Assembly: GCA_010093605.1 (NCBI GenBank)
Contig: MU004182.1
Coordinates: forward strand, 1,397,032 to 1,461,031
Reading direction: 5' to 3'
Origin: Lophium mytilinum
Taxonomy: Eukaryota
Length of the DNA stretch: 64,000 bases
In this document: in pieces, positions 62,675-64,000 of the stretch
How the letters are laid out: each line of letters begins with the position of its first letter
Numbering within the stretch: the first letter of the stretch is position 1
The notes under the pieces: model-generated
Databases searched by the model: none
The model's input: the letters and a program-made list of their open reading frames with translations, nothing else
Told to the model about the DNA's origin: nothing
Program-made: the position numbers and the translations under genes

Positions 62675-64000
62675 TTAGTAGCTCTGGGGGTATTGGTTTG
62701 CGGGCTGCAGAGGCCAGAAGTCAGTTACTGGTCTAGATTATGTGGCGATAGATACAGGGAATAAATCAAAGTTGACGGCGGTGGCTCGACTTACCGGGCT
62801 ATTTAGCATGCTCTGTCTCTTATTGCGGCTCTTTTTGATGTGGCTCTTCAGCGCACTGGAGTCGAGAGGCTTCAAAAGCTCAAAACTGCAAAGCAGCTCT
62901 GCTGATACAGCCATGACGGCTCCCCAGTTGTCGAATTCGCCACAGTACTGTCCAAGTTAGCAAGTGAGAGTATCCGACGGGGAGTAATACGTACATTCGG
63001 TGCAGAAAAGACAGTCACTAAAATGCGATCGTTGAAAAACTCATAGCCGTCCTCGACAACCATGTGCGCTCTGCATACCAGATCAAAGTCATGCCGTTGC
63101 AGGAATTCCATAATGACCTTTTTGCCAAAACAGTAACTAACGCCGCGTTCGTTTGACTCCCAGTCATTCTCCATGTCTGCTGGGTCACTCCAGAGAAGAT
63201 CATTCAGCAACCCGTAATCAGGAACATCGGTTGGGCGCGCGATGTTATTGATGTCATCCATATGTGAAAGACTGGGAGAAAGTCCACCGTGAACACAGAA
63301 AATCTTTTGTGCAACGATGGCGGCAATTGGGAGGCAATTGAACGTGTCGACGAAAGCTTTCCAGACTTTGATATTACATCGTCGCTTGCACTCGTCGTAA
63401 AATCCATACACCCTGGTGACGTTGGCGCATTCGTGGTTGCCTCGCAGCAGGAAGAAGTTCTCTGGGAACTTAAGTTTGTAGCACATTAGCAGCAGGATAG
63501 TCTCCAAGCTCTGCTTCCCGCGATCAACATAGTCGCCAAGGAAAAGGTAATTAGAGTTCGGAGGAAAGCCACACATCTCAAACATGCGGATGAGATCAGT
63601 GTACTGGCCGTGGATATCACCGACTATCTTTACGGGCGCTGCCAATTCTAGCAGAGCTGGCTGGGTCAGAAAGACTTCTCTGGCGGCTGCACAGATGGCA
63701 AAAATCTCGGCGTTCTTTAGGCAGACCGTTTTGGTGACCTTGCCCGTGTATGCAGCATCCAACAACCTCTGGATCATGTCGTCAAGATCGATGGACTTTA
63801 ATGCACTGATTTCCATGGGTGAGCCAGAACCGTCTGCAGCAACTGGAGTTTCAGGCGCCCTAGGTATAGGTCGGTCTCCCTTTTTCAAGATGGAAACCCC
63901 CGGTTGCTGTGTTGACAAAGGCATCGGTACTCCGCTTGGAGGGGCATCCGAGACATGGTCTACTTCACCGGTACGCTGTGCCCGCTCTACCGAATCGTGG
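62675..64000 (-). CDS. PPZ1: Ser/Thr protein phosphatase PP-Z; 5' end lies outside the window
   Basis: [44 protein letters not shown]-type [26 protein letters not shown]. The last short exon PANQYPSY-like (PANQYPQSY*) ends at 62675. Confidence 0.92.

Overview
Gene-dense window of a filamentous ascomycete genome (Pezizomycotina, probably Dothideomycetes, inferred from protein style and short GT-AG introns with CTRAC branch sites). I reconstruct about 23 intact spliced protein-coding genes, mostly housekeeping: SNIP1/Pml1-like FHA protein, Ist2/anoctamin, RidA, SnoaL-like protein, AKR7-like reductase, MRX7-like protein, a tyrosine phosphatase, Dopey, Brf1, a small acidic protein, a TF-domain-like protein, HAD dehalogenase, Ecm13-like protein, BolA, acyl-CoA synthetase, kynurenine 3-monooxygenase, Mtf1-like protein, mitoribosomal bL31m, a flavin-reductase-domain protein, Taf5, Med11, a multi-AT-hook protein and PP-Z phosphatase. 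There is also an MFS transporter pseudogene. I recognised no tRNA, rRNA, CRISPR or coding transposon. The most unusual signals are: (1) about nine sharp C-rich to G-rich strand-skew switches that flip synonymous codon choice inside single exons; (2) an apparently related family of intergenic minisatellite arrays sharing a GATGTAAA core; (3) a probable GA-AG intron in BolA; (4) a stop-free 490-nt Taf5 intron; (5) an unannotated repeated module in the flavin-reductase protein; (6) a hairpin-rich gene-free region carrying a telomere-template-like motif. All identifications are by eye, without database searches.
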